Source of the DNA: Vulcanimicrobiota bacterium
Lineage (GTDB): Bacteria > Vulcanimicrobiota > Vulcanimicrobiia > Eremiobacterales > Eremiobacteraceae
DNA length: 64,000 nucleotides
NCBI GenBank assembly: GCA_963812135.1
Contig: CAWETU010000001.1
Span: 1,440,001 to 1,504,000 of the forward strand
Direction of reading: 5' to 3'
Made by a program: the position numbers and the translations under genes. Below the pieces are notes generated by a model. That model was not told where the DNA came from. It searched no databases and was given only the letters and a program-made list of their open reading frames with translations. Shown here piece by piece: positions 18,440 to 29,814 of the stretch. Position 1 is the first letter of the stretch. Each line of letters opens with the position of its first letter.

Positions 18440-20031
18440 CTGGCCGGGGCCGCCTGCGCCTCCTTGGCGAAGACCTCGCGCAACTCGCGCTTGAGGATCT
18501 TGCCTGTGCCGCCTTTGGGCAATGCGTCAAGAAAACGCACGTGCTTGGGGACCTTGAAATGCGCCAGCTTCGCGCGGGAGTGGTCGATCAATTCGGCGAC
18601 ATCGAGCGTCGCGCCGGGCTTGAGCACGATGAAAGCAGCGGGCGCCTCACCCCAGTGGGTGTCGGGCACGCCGATCACCGCGCATTCGAGCACCGAGGCA
18701 TGCTCGTAGATGGCTTTTTCGATCTCGATCGAAGCGACGTTCTCGCCGCCGGTGATGATGATGTCCTTCTTGCGATCGACGATCGACACGTAGCCGTCCT
18801 CGTCGATCGAGCCCATATCGCCGGTGTGGAACCAGCCGTCGACGATGGACTTCGCGGTCTCTTGCGGTTGTTTCCAATATCCGGCGAAGACGGAGTTGCC
18901 ACGCGCGCAGATCTCGCCGACCGCGATGCCATCATGCGCCAACGGCTCACCGTCCTCACCGAGTATCTCCACATCGATTCCCGGCAGCGGCACGCCCGCG
19001 GTCACTCGTTGGGCGATCGATGCATTGCGATCGAGACGCGATCTGCTTTTCGGCAGTGCTGTGGTCAAAATGGGCGAGGTTTCAGACAAACCATAGCCGC
19101 AGTGGACCAACGCGTGTGGAAGACGTTCGTCCATCGCCTTGAGCAACGACGGCGGCGTGGCCGCACCTCCGAACATGATGCGGCTCACGGAGCTCAGGTC
19201 ACGAGTGCGCCACGATGGCGCGTTCATCAACGCGATCGCCATCGTCGGCACCGCGAACATCTTCGTCACGCCCTCGCGTTCCATCACCTCAAGCACGTGT
19301 TCCGGATCGAACTTCGGCACCATGACATGACGTCCGCCCACCATGGTCAACGTGTGCGGCGTGCCCCAGCCGTTCACATGGAAGAGCGGGATGCTATGCA
19401 AGATCACGTCGGTGTCGTCGATGTTCGCGCAGGCAAGCGATGAATATGCGTGCGATACGAGATTGCGGTGCGTCAGCATAACGCCTTTGGGCCGCGCCGT
19501 GGTGCCGCTCGTGTAGAAGAGCTCCGCCACATCGTCTTCATCGAGCGCCGGCGGCGTGAAGGCGGCGGGCGCGCCGGCGATGAGCGCCTCGTAATCCTCG
19601 CCCTTGAACGGCATGTCCGTCTTCGGATCACCGCCCATCAAGATGACGTTCTTGACACTCGGCAGCGATGGCAGGATCGGCGCGAGCAGGCCGGTGAGCT
19701 GGCGGTCTATGACCACGGTGGATGCGCCCGCATCGGTCAGGATGTATGCGATGTCAGGCGGCGTCAAACGGATATTGATCGGCAAGAGGATCGCGCCCAT
19801 CTGCGGCACCGCGTAATAGCCTTCGAGCAGCCGATGACAGTTAAACGAGAGATACGCGACGACGTCACCGCGCTTGACGCCGATTTTCTGCAGCGCATTC
19901 GAGAACCGATCGATGCGTTCGCCGAGCTGCCCGTAGGTGAGGCGCTCGGCGCCGCACACGGCGGCGACGTTGTCGCGGTAGACGGTTCGCGCGCGCTTGA
20001 GAAAATCGGTCACGAGCATCGGTGTCTTCAT
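18436..20031 (-). CDS. Long/medium-chain fatty-acid--CoA ligase
   Basis: YTSGTTARPKGV AMP-binding motif, GYGLSET, GWFHTGD, LPKGGTGKILK. Confidence 0.95.
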   Translation of the reverse strand: MKTPMLVTDFLKRARTVYRDNVAAVCGAERLTYGQLGERIDRFSNALQKIGVKRGDVVAYLSFNCHRLLEGYYAVPQMGAILLPINIRLTPPDIAYILTDAGASTVVIDRQLTGLLAPILPSLPSVKNVILMGGDPKTDMPFKGEDYEALIAGAPAAFTPPALDEDDVAELFYTSGTTARPKGVMLTHRNLVSHAYSSLACANIDDTDVILHSIPLFHVNGWGTPHTLTMVGGRHVMVPKFDPEHVLEVMEREGVTKMFAVPTMAIALMNAPSWRTRDLSSVSRIMFGGAATPPSLLKAMDERLPHALVHCGYGLSETSPILTTALPKSRSRLDRNASIAQRVTAGVPLPGIDVEILGEDGEPLAHDGIAVGEICARGNSVFAGYWKQPQETAKSIVDGWFHTGDMGSIDEDGYVSIVDRKKDIIITGGENVASIEIEKAIYEHASVLECAVIGVPDTHWGEAPAAFIVLKPGATLDVAELIDHSRAKLAHFKVPKHVRFLDALPKGGTGKILKRELREVFAKEAQAAPAR

Positions 20032-20043
20032 CGGTTTGGACTC

Positions 20044-20709
20044 CTAGGCTTCGCCGAGCAGACCGCGCAACGTCGACAGCAGATTGACGGCCGCGGCATC
20101 CCGGTCGCGTTCGAGGTCGGCAGCGGGCGGCGCTCCGAACGCTGCGTTCCACGCATGTATCAGCGCCGCGGTGCGGTATGCGGAAAGCGCGGCCGCCGCA
20201 AGGCCGGCGGACGCGGGCTCCGCGCCGGCGATACCGGTCGGCAAGGCCGCGGCGCGCACTAGGCGCAGACTTGCGGCGCGCGTCGTGCGCACGGCGCCTC
20301 GTTCGACGGCGGCGAGGTCGTCTGCGGTCAGTGTGACGTGAAGCGTCGGAACGCCTTCGGGCTTGGCTGGAAGGGTGGTGGGCACGACGGCGATGAGGCT
20401 CTGCTCGAATGGGCGGCTCGCCGAGCGGCCGATCGGGCAACACACGATCGCGGTCTGCAGGGCTTCGTGATCGACTGTGGAGCTCCAATGCTGCGTGGCG
20501 AGGCTCACGTGGGCGAGCGGACGGTACAGGACAAGCGCCGTTCGGCTCTCGGCCGGCGCGTCGGCGGCCTCGGCGATGAGAACGTCTTCGAAGGCGTCGT
20601 CGGTGTCTTCCGGTGGCGCCGGTACCGCCACGTCTGCGGACAGCCCCATGCGCCGGCGGCGTTCCGCGAGCAGCAACATGTCGGCCGGCAGCTTGCGCGT
20701 TTCGCTCAT
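20044..20709 (-). CDS. Hypothetical protein coupled to the ExeA-like ATPase
   Basis: ATG 20709 overlaps the ATPase stop (ATGA); the ORF fills the gap to the CoA ligase; no family recognised. Confidence 0.65.
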   Translation of the reverse strand: MSETRKLPADMLLLAERRRRMGLSADVAVPAPPEDTDDAFEDVLIAEAADAPAESRTALVLYRPLAHVSLATQHWSSTVDHEALQTAIVCCPIGRSASRPFEQSLIAVVPTTLPAKPEGVPTLHVTLTADDLAAVERGAVRTTRAASLRLVRAAALPTGIAGAEPASAGLAAAALSAYRTAALIHAWNAAFGAPPAADLERDRDAAAVNLLSTLRGLLGEA

Positions 20710-21620
20710 CGCGCGACTTTCCAGACCTGCCACCACTGGCGGGCGGACGTCGGTCGAATGAATTCCACCGCTACATCGGCGCTGCGAAGCGGCGGCAGGC
20801 GGCGCGCCGCGTCCTCCACGTCCGCGAGCGAGACGGAGCGAGAGGCACGTTCCGCGGCGACCTCGAGCGCTTCGCGCGCGAGTGCGCCGAGCCGGCGCGG
20901 CAGGCCGCCGGAGCGACGCCAAACGTCGCCGAGCGCATCTGGCCCGAATGGCGAATGGTCGGCCGCGAAACCCGCGCGGCGCAAGCGGTGGTCGATCAGT
21001 CCTGCCGCTTCCGCTTCGCTGAGCGGCGCGATGTCGAGCCAAACGGCGACGCGGTCGCTCAGGTTCGGGCGTCGCAAGATCGCATCGGCGATCTCCGCTT
21101 GGCCGGCGAGACCGATCGACACCAGCTTGCGCTCGTCGAGCTGGAAGTTCAGCAGCGACCGTATGCTTTCGAGCAGTTCGTTGGGAAGCAGCTGGGCTTC
21201 GTCGATGAGCAGGATGGCCTGGCGACCATCGGCTGCGGTCGCCTCGAACAGATGACGCTTGAGGTGCTCGCGCAGATCTCGGGCGGTCGGTGCGCCCTGC
21301 CCGGTCGCGTTGCTCAATTTCGGGAAGCCGAAGGCGGCGACGATCGCTTCGAGGAGCTCCGACTCGCTGTGAAACGTCGGATCCAAGATGAGTCCGACGA
21401 CAAAGCGCGGGTCCTCGAGCAGCCGCGCGGTGACAGCGTTGAACAGCGAAGTCTTGCCCGCGCCCACCGGACCGAGCACGACCGCGAGGCCGCGACCGCC
21501 GGCAAGGCAATCGAAAAGCCGGCGCCGGTTGCTCGCGGTCGCCATCGTCTCGTAATAGAACGCCGGATCCGCGGTGTCGACAAACGGGTCGCGCTGCAAC
21601 CCGAACGCCTCGAGCAGCAT
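20706..21620 (-). CDS. ExeA/GspA/MshM-like AAA ATPase
   Basis: MLLEAFGLQRDPF...DPAFYY, GPVGAGKT, LLIDEAQLL, LAGQAE, SGGLPR. Start taken at ATG 21620. Confidence 0.88.
   Translation of the reverse strand: MLLEAFGLQRDPFVDTADPAFYYETMATASNRRRLFDCLAGGRGLAVVLGPVGAGKTSLFNAVTARLLEDPRFVVGLILDPTFHSESELLEAIVAAFGFPKLSNATGQGAPTARDLREHLKRHLFEATAADGRQAILLIDEAQLLPNELLESIRSLLNFQLDERKLVSIGLAGQAEIADAILRRPNLSDRVAVWLDIAPLSEAEAAGLIDHRLRRAGFAADHSPFGPDALGDVWRRSGGLPRRLGALAREALEVAAERASRSVSLADVEDAARRLPPLRSADVAVEFIRPTSARQWWQVWKVAR
20751..20775 (-). repeat. REP-like palindrome inside the ExeA-like CDS
   Basis: CGGTCGAATGAATTCCACCGCTACA; read in frame as VAVEFIRP. Confidence 0.75.
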
Positions 21621-21667
21621 GCAGCAGATGTTCCACGCTTCGCCGCAGCGGCCCCCCGGTTCTGCGG

Positions 21668-22087
21668 TTAGGGCTGCGAGGTCGGTGACGCGGAATCTGG
21701 GGTTAGTGCCGCGGCTCGCGCTGTGGCTGGGCTTGGAGACGCGGATGCCTGAGTTGCGTTGAAGGCGCGCATCTGCGCTTGGACCTGAAGCGCGGCATTG
21801 AGGTGTGCAAGGGCGCGCGCCGACCATAGCGCTGACTGCGCGTTGGGCGCCCAGTGACGCGTGATCACGTATTGAAGCCCGTCGGAGCCGAGCGTCACCG
21901 CCCATTGTTCGGCGTAGCCATTAGGATGCACGAATGGATGAGCGATGAACTCGTTTTCGCGACCGTTATACGGCGGCCCCAAGATATGTTGAGTCGCGTT
22001 GATGTCGAGCGCCTGAGCCGACAAGACCGCGACCGCCAGCAGGATCTTGTTCCACGGGGAGATGGCCAACATCAACCACGCCATCAT
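21668..22087 (-). CDS. Hypothetical exported/membrane protein
   Basis: Hydrophobic N-terminus, GGAG ribosome-binding site upstream, low-complexity tail. Confidence 0.6.
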   Translation of the reverse strand: MMAWLMLAISPWNKILLAVAVLSAQALDINATQHILGPPYNGRENEFIAHPFVHPNGYAEQWAVTLGSDGLQYVITRHWAPNAQSALWSARALAHLNAALQVQAQMRAFNATQASASPSPATARAAALTPDSASPTSQP

Positions 22088-22153
22088 CTAGCGAGCTCCT
22101 GGTGTGGAGGGCGGTGGAACCGAGAAATCCGGCATCGGCGGCGGCGTTCGGCG

Positions 22154-22183
22154 TTGCGTCCCGCTGCGCCCTCGTGATAGAAT
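22154..22183 (+). promoter_or_regulatory. sigma70-type promoter of the rpsB operon
   Basis: TTGCGT-N18-TAGAAT with extended -10 TG. Confidence 0.6.
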
Positions 22184-22198
22184 GATTGTGCGCAAGTT

Positions 22199-22272
22199 TA
22201 GGATCAGCAATGCGCCATTGCCCGCGACTCCGGTCGCGGGAGGTGTGCCCTCCCGGGCGCACCCCGATCCTA
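22199..22272 (+). ncRNA. Structured rpsB 5' leader (four-way junction)
   Basis: Outer stem TAGGATC/GATCCTA encloses three hairpins (see findings). Confidence 0.55.
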
Positions 22273-22315
22273 GTGAACGGCCGCTCTGCGGCTGTTGTGG
22301 CGTTCTTGAAGAGGT

Positions 22316-22340
22316 CGGTCGAGTAAACTCGACCGCTACA
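22316..22340 (-). repeat. REP-like palindrome in the rpsB leader
   Basis: CGGTCGAGTAAACTCGACCGCTACA. Confidence 0.85.
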
Positions 22341-22368
22341 GAGGGGGCGCTTAGAGAGAGGCTTTGCT

Positions 22369-23250
22369 GTGTCTTCCATCATCTCCATGAAACAATTGCT
22401 CGAAGCGGGCGTCCACTTCGGGCATCAGACGCGCCGTTGGAACCCGAAGATGGCCAAGTACATCTTCCAAGAGCGCAACGGCATCTACATCATCGATCTT
22501 CAAAAGACCGTGCTCAAGCTGCGCGAGGTCTATGGCGTCGTCAAAGAGATGGCGCGCCAGAACAAGACGTTCCTCTTCGTCGGCACCAAGAAGCAAGCGC
22601 AAGAAGTCGTCAAAGAAGAAGCGGACCGCGCGGGGATGTTCTACGTCAACCAGCGCTGGCTCGGCGGTACGCTCACAAATTTCCAAACGATCCAAAAGCG
22701 CATCCAGCGGCTGCGTGAGTTGGAGCGTCAGCGCGATACCGGCGTGTTCGAGGTCTTGACCAAGAAAGAAGTGGGCCTGCTCGAAGACGAGATGCGCAAG
22801 CTCGACCGCTTCTTGTCAGGCATCAAGGACATGCCGAAGCTTCCTGACGCCCTCTTCATCGTCGATCCCCGCAAAGAGCGCATCGCCGTGCTCGAAGCGC
22901 GCAAGTTGAAGATCCCGATCATCGCGGTGATCGACACGAACTGCGATCCGGACGAGATCGACTACGCGATTCCGGGCAACGACGACGCGATTCGCGCGGT
23001 CAAGCTCATGACCGGGAAGATCGCCGACGCGATCATCGAGGGCAAGACCGAAGCCGAATCGGCGGAGTATCTGGGCGCGCCGACGGATGCGAGCGCTTCA
23101 CCCACGACAAACGCTCCAGCTGCTAGCGCTCCCGCCGCTGCGCCGGCTCCCGTCGCAGAGACGGCGACCGCGGCACAGCCTGTCGCGAGTCCTCAGCCGG
23201 AACAGGGCGCAGCGACGCCGAGCGCCGAGCAAACGCCTGCGACCACGTAA
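22369..23250 (+). CDS. rpsB: 30S ribosomal protein S2
   Basis: [28 protein letters not shown]; Ala/Pro-rich tail. Confidence 0.99.
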   Translation: MSSIISMKQLLEAGVHFGHQTRRWNPKMAKYIFQERNGIYIIDLQKTVLKLREVYGVVKEMARQNKTFLFVGTKKQAQEVVKEEADRAGMFYVNQRWLGGTLTNFQTIQKRIQRLRELERQRDTGVFEVLTKKEVGLLEDEMRKLDRFLSGIKDMPKLPDALFIVDPRKERIAVLEARKLKIPIIAVIDTNCDPDEIDYAIPGNDDAIRAVKLMTGKIADAIIEGKTEAESAEYLGAPTDASASPTTNAPAASAPAAAPAPVAETATAAQPVASPQPEQGAATPSAEQTPATT

Positions 23251-23277
23251 GGGCATTCATCCCCGGTACGCTCTGAA

Positions 23278-23302
23278 CGGTCGAATAAATTCGACCGCTA
23301 CA
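23278..23302 (-). repeat. REP-like palindrome between rpsB and tsf
   Basis: CGGTCGAATAAATTCGACCGCTACA (consensus copy). Confidence 0.85.
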
Positions 23303-23354
23303 GCTGCGTGAGCATGCGGAAAGGGAACACCATTGATTCGAGGAAACGGGACAC

Positions 23355-25216
<1,862 letters not shown>

Positions 25217-25220
<4 letters not shown>

Positions 25221-25429
25221 GCATCCTGCTTGCGCCCACACACGAAGAGCTGATCAACGCACGCTGGTCCGACGCCCGTGCGCTTTTGCGCGGGCACCCG
25301 CAGTGCGTCCGCGTCCTCGCGCCGCCGTTTCCGTGCGCGGGCACCGGCGATTTGCGCGTCGTGCGCGCCGTTTCGGACGGGGATCGCATCGAGCTCGTCC
25401 TCACCTACGCGGATTTCAAACGATTATGA
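25217..25429 (+). CDS. Small hypothetical protein (70 aa) between frr and cdsA
   Basis: Start/stop overlaps with both neighbours (GTGA and ATGA); GGAGG ribosome-binding site. Confidence 0.7.
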
Positions 25430-26283
25430 GCGCCACGGTCGCCGGAGCCGCGCAAGCCGGTCAGCGTCTGCGCCAGGAGCTATCGCTCAAGCGCGTCGCG
25501 ATCGGACTGCTTATCGCGGCGCTCGGCGTCGGCTGCGTCTTCGCGCGCCCGCTGTTCGGGCTGCTGATCCTCGTCATCGCGTTACTCAGCACCGTCGAGT
25601 TCTCGCGGCTCGCGCAGCGCGCTGGAGCCGCGGTGTCGCTGTGGGTCGCGATCCCCGCGGTGATAGTCTACATCATCGAGACCTATTTCAATCTGCGTTT
25701 CGAACCCGGCATCACCGTCGTCGTGGTGATCGCGGCGTTGATCGCCGCGTTGGCGGGCGGCGTCGACCGCTTCGCGGTGCGCTGGAGCATGACGGTGATC
25801 GCGGCGCTCTATCTCGGCAAGATCGCGTCGTATCTGGTCGCGTTGCGCGGCATCAATCCCGCGATCACCGGCGCCGCGTACACCTTGTGGCTGATCGTCA
25901 TCGTCGCGCTGACCGACATCGTCGGCATGCTCGTCGGGCTGCAGTTCGGCCGCACGCCATTGGCACCGCGCATATCACCCGGCAAGACCTGGGAAGGCGC
26001 GATCGCGGCGTTCGTGTTCGCAACGGCCGCCGGCACCCTGCTTGGTCTTGTGCCGATCTTGGGCGTACCGTGGTACGTGGGCATGACCTTCGCCGGCGGC
26101 GTCTCGATCGCCGCGCAGTTGGGCGATCTCGCCGAATCCGCGCTCAAGCGCAACGCCCAGGTGAAGGACTCAGGCCAGCTGATCATCGGTCACGGCGGCG
26201 TGCTCGACCGCTTCGACTCTTACTTCTTGGCCGGCGTCGTCGGCTACGCCATCCTGCTTTGGTTCGGCCGCGTCGCGGCCTGA
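25426..26283 (+). CDS. cdsA: Phosphatidate cytidylyltransferase
   Basis: ISPGKTWEG, GDLAESALKR..VKDSG..IIGHGGVLDRFDS. Start at ATG 25426. Confidence 0.95.
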   Translation: MSATVAGAAQAGQRLRQELSLKRVAIGLLIAALGVGCVFARPLFGLLILVIALLSTVEFSRLAQRAGAAVSLWVAIPAVIVYIIETYFNLRFEPGITVVVVIAALIAALAGGVDRFAVRWSMTVIAALYLGKIASYLVALRGINPAITGAAYTLWLIVIVALTDIVGMLVGLQFGRTPLAPRISPGKTWEGAIAAFVFATAAGTLLGLVPILGVPWYVGMTFAGGVSIAAQLGDLAESALKRNAQVKDSGQLIIGHGGVLDRFDSYFLAGVVGYAILLWFGRVAA

Positions 26284-26287
26284 CACC

Positions 26288-27481
26288 ATGAAACGCGTCG
26301 CTATCCTCGGCTCGACCGGTTCGATCGGCTCGCAGGCGCTCGACGTGATCGCAGCGCATCCCGACCGCTTTCGCATCGCCGCGCTGGCCGCGCGCAGTAA
26401 TGTCGCGTTGCTCGCGCGCCAGGCGAATCGCTTTCAGCCGGCGTTCTTATCCGTCGGTTCACCTGAATTGGCGAGCGAACTGCGCGCCGCGCTGGACTAT
26501 GCACCCCGATCGATCGGACATGGCGCGACCGGCCTTACCGAAGCGGTCGAAGAGGACGTCGATTGCGTGCTGGCTGCGACCGACGGCATGGCGTCGTTGG
26601 ATGCGGTCTTGCGAGCGATCGATCGCGGCTGCGCGATCGCGCTGGCGAACAAGGAGCTCGCCGTCGCGGCGGGCGAGTTGCTCTTCACCCGGGCACGCGC
26701 GTCCGGCGCGACGATCGTACCGGTCGACTCCGAACACAGCGCGGTGTACCAGTGCCTTGCGGGAGAAGCTCTTGACGACGTCGCGCAGATCGTGCTCACG
26801 GCCAGCGGCGGACCGTTCTGGGACCTCTCGCTGGATCAAATGCGCGACGTCACCCCCGCGCAAGCGCTGGCGCATCCGACCTGGGCGATGGGGCCTAAGA
26901 ACACGATCGATTCCGCGACCATGATGAACAAGGGGCTCGAGGTCATCGAGGCGAGCCGCTTCTTCGGGCTGGCGCCGGAGCAGATCGATGTCGTCGTGCA
27001 TCGCCAAAGCGTCGCGCATGCGTTCATCGTGTTCCGCGACGGCAGCATCAAAGCACAACTCGCTGCGCCGGATATGCGCATCCCGATCGGTTACGCGCTT
27101 GCCTACCCGCAGCGGTTGCCGGGCGGCGACGCCGACAAAGCGCGCAATTCGATCGGACTGGGGGGTGCGACGCGCCTCACGTTCGAGCCGCTCGACTATA
27201 GTCGCTTTCCGGCGGTCGCGTTATGCTTCCGCGCGCTACGCGCGGGCGGGACGTTCCCGGCAGTGCTGTCGGCTGCCAACGAAGAGGCAGGACGCGCGTT
27301 TTTGCAAGGGAAAGTGAAGTTCACCGAAATCAGCGCACTTGTCGAAAACGCGCTGGACCGCCACGGGGCCGAACGCGCGACACCCGCGACATTGGATTCT
27401 ATCGCCGCAGCGGACGCCTGGGCGCGTTCGTGGACTCGCGCGGAGATCGGCCGTACGAATTCGACCGCGTCGGTCGAGTAA
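26288..27481 (+). CDS. dxr: 1-deoxy-D-xylulose-5-phosphate reductoisomerase
   Basis: LGSTGSIG, LANKE, PVDSEHSA, IDSATMMNKGLEVIEA. Confidence 0.98.
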   Translation: MKRVAILGSTGSIGSQALDVIAAHPDRFRIAALAARSNVALLARQANRFQPAFLSVGSPELASELRAALDYAPRSIGHGATGLTEAVEEDVDCVLAATDGMASLDAVLRAIDRGCAIALANKELAVAAGELLFTRARASGATIVPVDSEHSAVYQCLAGEALDDVAQIVLTASGGPFWDLSLDQMRDVTPAQALAHPTWAMGPKNTIDSATMMNKGLEVIEASRFFGLAPEQIDVVVHRQSVAHAFIVFRDGSIKAQLAAPDMRIPIGYALAYPQRLPGGDADKARNSIGLGGATRLTFEPLDYSRFPAVALCFRALRAGGTFPAVLSAANEEAGRAFLQGKVKFTEISALVENALDRHGAERATPATLDSIAAADAWARSWTRAEIGRTNSTASVE

Positions 27482-27495
27482 ACTCGACCGCTACA
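27448..27495 (-). repeat. Tandem REP-like palindromes at the dxr 3' end (27448-27472 degenerate, 27471-27495 intact)
   Basis: The intact copy supplies the dxr TAA stop codon. Confidence 0.8.
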
Positions 27496-27561
27496 GTATA
27501 AAGGAAAGAACCCACCATCTTCGCCCTGCTCGCGCTCCCAAGCCTCACGTCGGTCGGCCAA

Positions 27562-28605
27562 GTGGCTCTATTCCTCGTCGTCCTCGGCGTCCTTATCACG
27601 TTCCACGAGTTCGGCCACTTCATTTTCGCCAAGTGGTTCGGCGTGCGCGTCAGCAATTTCGCCATCGGCTTCGGTCCGACGATCATCAAATGGACGCGTG
27701 GCGAGACGACCTATCGGCTCAACGCGCTGCCGCTCGGCGGCTACTGCCAGATGGTCGGCGAGGATCAAGCCGACGACGGCAGTGCCGATCCCGGCAACTT
27801 CCAGCATCACCCGTTGTGGCAGCGCTTCACGATCATCGTCGCCGGGCCGCTGTTCAACTTGTTGCTCGCCTCATGTCATCTTCGCGTACATCGCCATCGC
27901 GGTCGGGATTCCAGACTCGCCAACCAACGTCGTCGAAAGCGTAAATCCAAACTCTCCGGCACAGCGCGCCGGTCTGCAAGCAAACGATCAGATCGAAACG
28001 CTCAATGGACAGGCATTTACCAGCGGCAACGAGCTGGTCGACTACATTCACGCGCGCCCCAACGAGACGATCGACATCGGATACTTGCGCAACGGATCCG
28101 TCAAGCATGTCCAGATCCGCACGACGACGATGACAGTGCGCGGTCAGACAGTTGGCATTTTCGGGTTCCTGCCCCGATACAATATCGAGCATGCATCGCT
28201 TCTCGGCGGCATTGGCTGGGGTTTCACCAACACCGGGACGTTTCGTTTGGCAAAACGCCGTTGGACTCGTCCAGACCTTCGCGCATCGCGACGTCTCGCA
28301 GCTTATCGGGACCCGTCGGCATCGGCCGCGTGTTCGTTCAGGCCGAGCAGTCGGGACCGGTTGTCGTGCTCGATCTCATCGCGAGGATTTCCGCCGTGCT
28401 CGGATTCTTCAACCTGCTGCCGATACCGGCGCTCGATGGGGGACGCCTGGTGTTCCTCCTCGTCGAGGCAGTGCGTGGCCGGCCGGTCGATCCCGAAAAG
28501 GAGGGGCTCGTCCACCTCACTGGTTTCGCGCTGCTCATGGTACTGGTGCTGTTCGTCACGTACCACGACATCGCTATATGGGTTAGCGGCAAAGGCGCGA
28601 TGTGA
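27562..28605 (+). CDS. rseP: RIP metalloprotease RseP (M50, PDZ); about three apparent frameshifts
   Basis: [23 protein letters not shown]. The PDZ segment (SPAQRAGL) lies in another frame at ~27872-28245. Confidence 0.9.
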   Translation: MALFLVVLGVLITFHEFGHFIFAKWFGVRVSNFAIGFGPTIIKWTRGETTYRLNALPLGGYCQMVGEDQADDGSADPGNFQHHPLWQRFTIIVAGPLFNLLLASCHLRVHRHRGRDSRLANQRRRKRKSKLSGTARRSASKRSDRNAQWTGIYQRQRAGRLHSRAPQRDDRHRILAQRIRQACPDPHDDDDSARSDSWHFRVPAPIQYRACIASRRHWLGFHQHRDVSFGKTPLDSSRPSRIATSRSLSGPVGIGRVFVQAEQSGPVVVLDLIARISAVLGFFNLLPIPALDGGRLVFLLVEAVRGRPVDPEKEGLVHLTGFALLMVLVLFVTYHDIAIWVSGKGAM

Positions 28606-29769
28606 AACCCGACATCGGAATTCCGCAAACCGGATTGCCGCCGGTGCCGGATTGGTCGGGCGTGACCGAGCGCGTGCCCGCGCCGCCGCCATTGCCGCCG
28701 CGCCGCAAGACGCGGGCCGTCAAGGTCGGCAACATCGTGATCGGCGGCGACGCGCCGATCTCTGTCCAATCGATGACGACGACGAAGACCGATGACTGGG
28801 CGGCGACGCTCGACCAGGTCCAGCAGCTCGCCGAAGCCGGCTGCGAGATCGTCCGCATCTCCGTGCCTGACGCTAAGGCGGCGGCGGCCTGCAAGAAGAT
28901 CAAAGCAGGGCACGACCGTGCCGCTGGTGGCCGACATCCATTTCGATCATCGCTACGCGTTAGCGGCAATCGACGCCGGCTGGGATAAGCTGCGGCTCAA
29001 TCCGGGCAACATCCGCGATCCGCAAAAAGTCCGTGAAGTCGTCAGCGCCGCGAAAGATCGCGGCATGCCCATCCGCATCGGCGTCAATCTCGGTTCGCTC
29101 GCGCCCGACATCATCGCGCGCTATGGGCGCACGCCGGCGGGCATGGTCGAATCAGCGCTGCGCCACATCCGCATCCTCGAAGAGCTCGATTTCCGCGACA
29201 TCGTCGTCTCGCTCAAAGCGCACGACGTGCGCGTGACCGTCGCCGCCTATCGCGAGATGAGCAAGCACGTCGACTACCCGTTCCATCTCGGGATCACCGA
29301 GGCGGGCACCACGCGCACCGGGACCGTGAAGAGCAGCGTCGGCCTCGGCATGCTGCTCGCGGAGGGGATCGGCGACACGATCCGCGTCTCGCTCGCGGCC
29401 GATCCGGTCGACGAGGTGCCGGTGTGCTGGGAGATCCTCAAATCGCTGGGCTTGCGCGAGCGCGGCGTCGAGATCACCGCGTGCCCGTCGTGCGGGCGCG
29501 TACAAGTGGACATCTTGCGCCTCGCCGATGCGGTCGAGAAGATCACGGCCGAGTACAAAGCGCCGGTGAAGGTCGCCGTCATGGGTTGCGCGGTGAACGG
29601 ACCCGGCGAGGCGAGCATGGCGGACGTCGGCATCGCCGGCGGCAAGGGCATGGGACTCATCTATCGCGATGGCGTGAAAGTCCGCTCGTTGCCGGAAGAC
29701 AAACTCTTGGATGGCCTGCGCGAAGAGATAGAGAAGGTCATCGCAGAGCGCTATCCCCAATACCTCTAG
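28602..29769 (+). CDS. ispG: HMBPP synthase; apparent frameshift near 28910
   Basis: [44 protein letters not shown], split over two frames. Confidence 0.95.
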
Positions 29770-29814
29770 CCGCTCCCCTCATACCACCTGTCGTCGGCCT
29801 CGCACCCTACGTGC

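Noticed and set aside
22199..22272. Cloverleaf as a tRNA gene
   Set aside because: No TTC T-loop, D-loop GG, 7-nt anticodon loop or CCA end.
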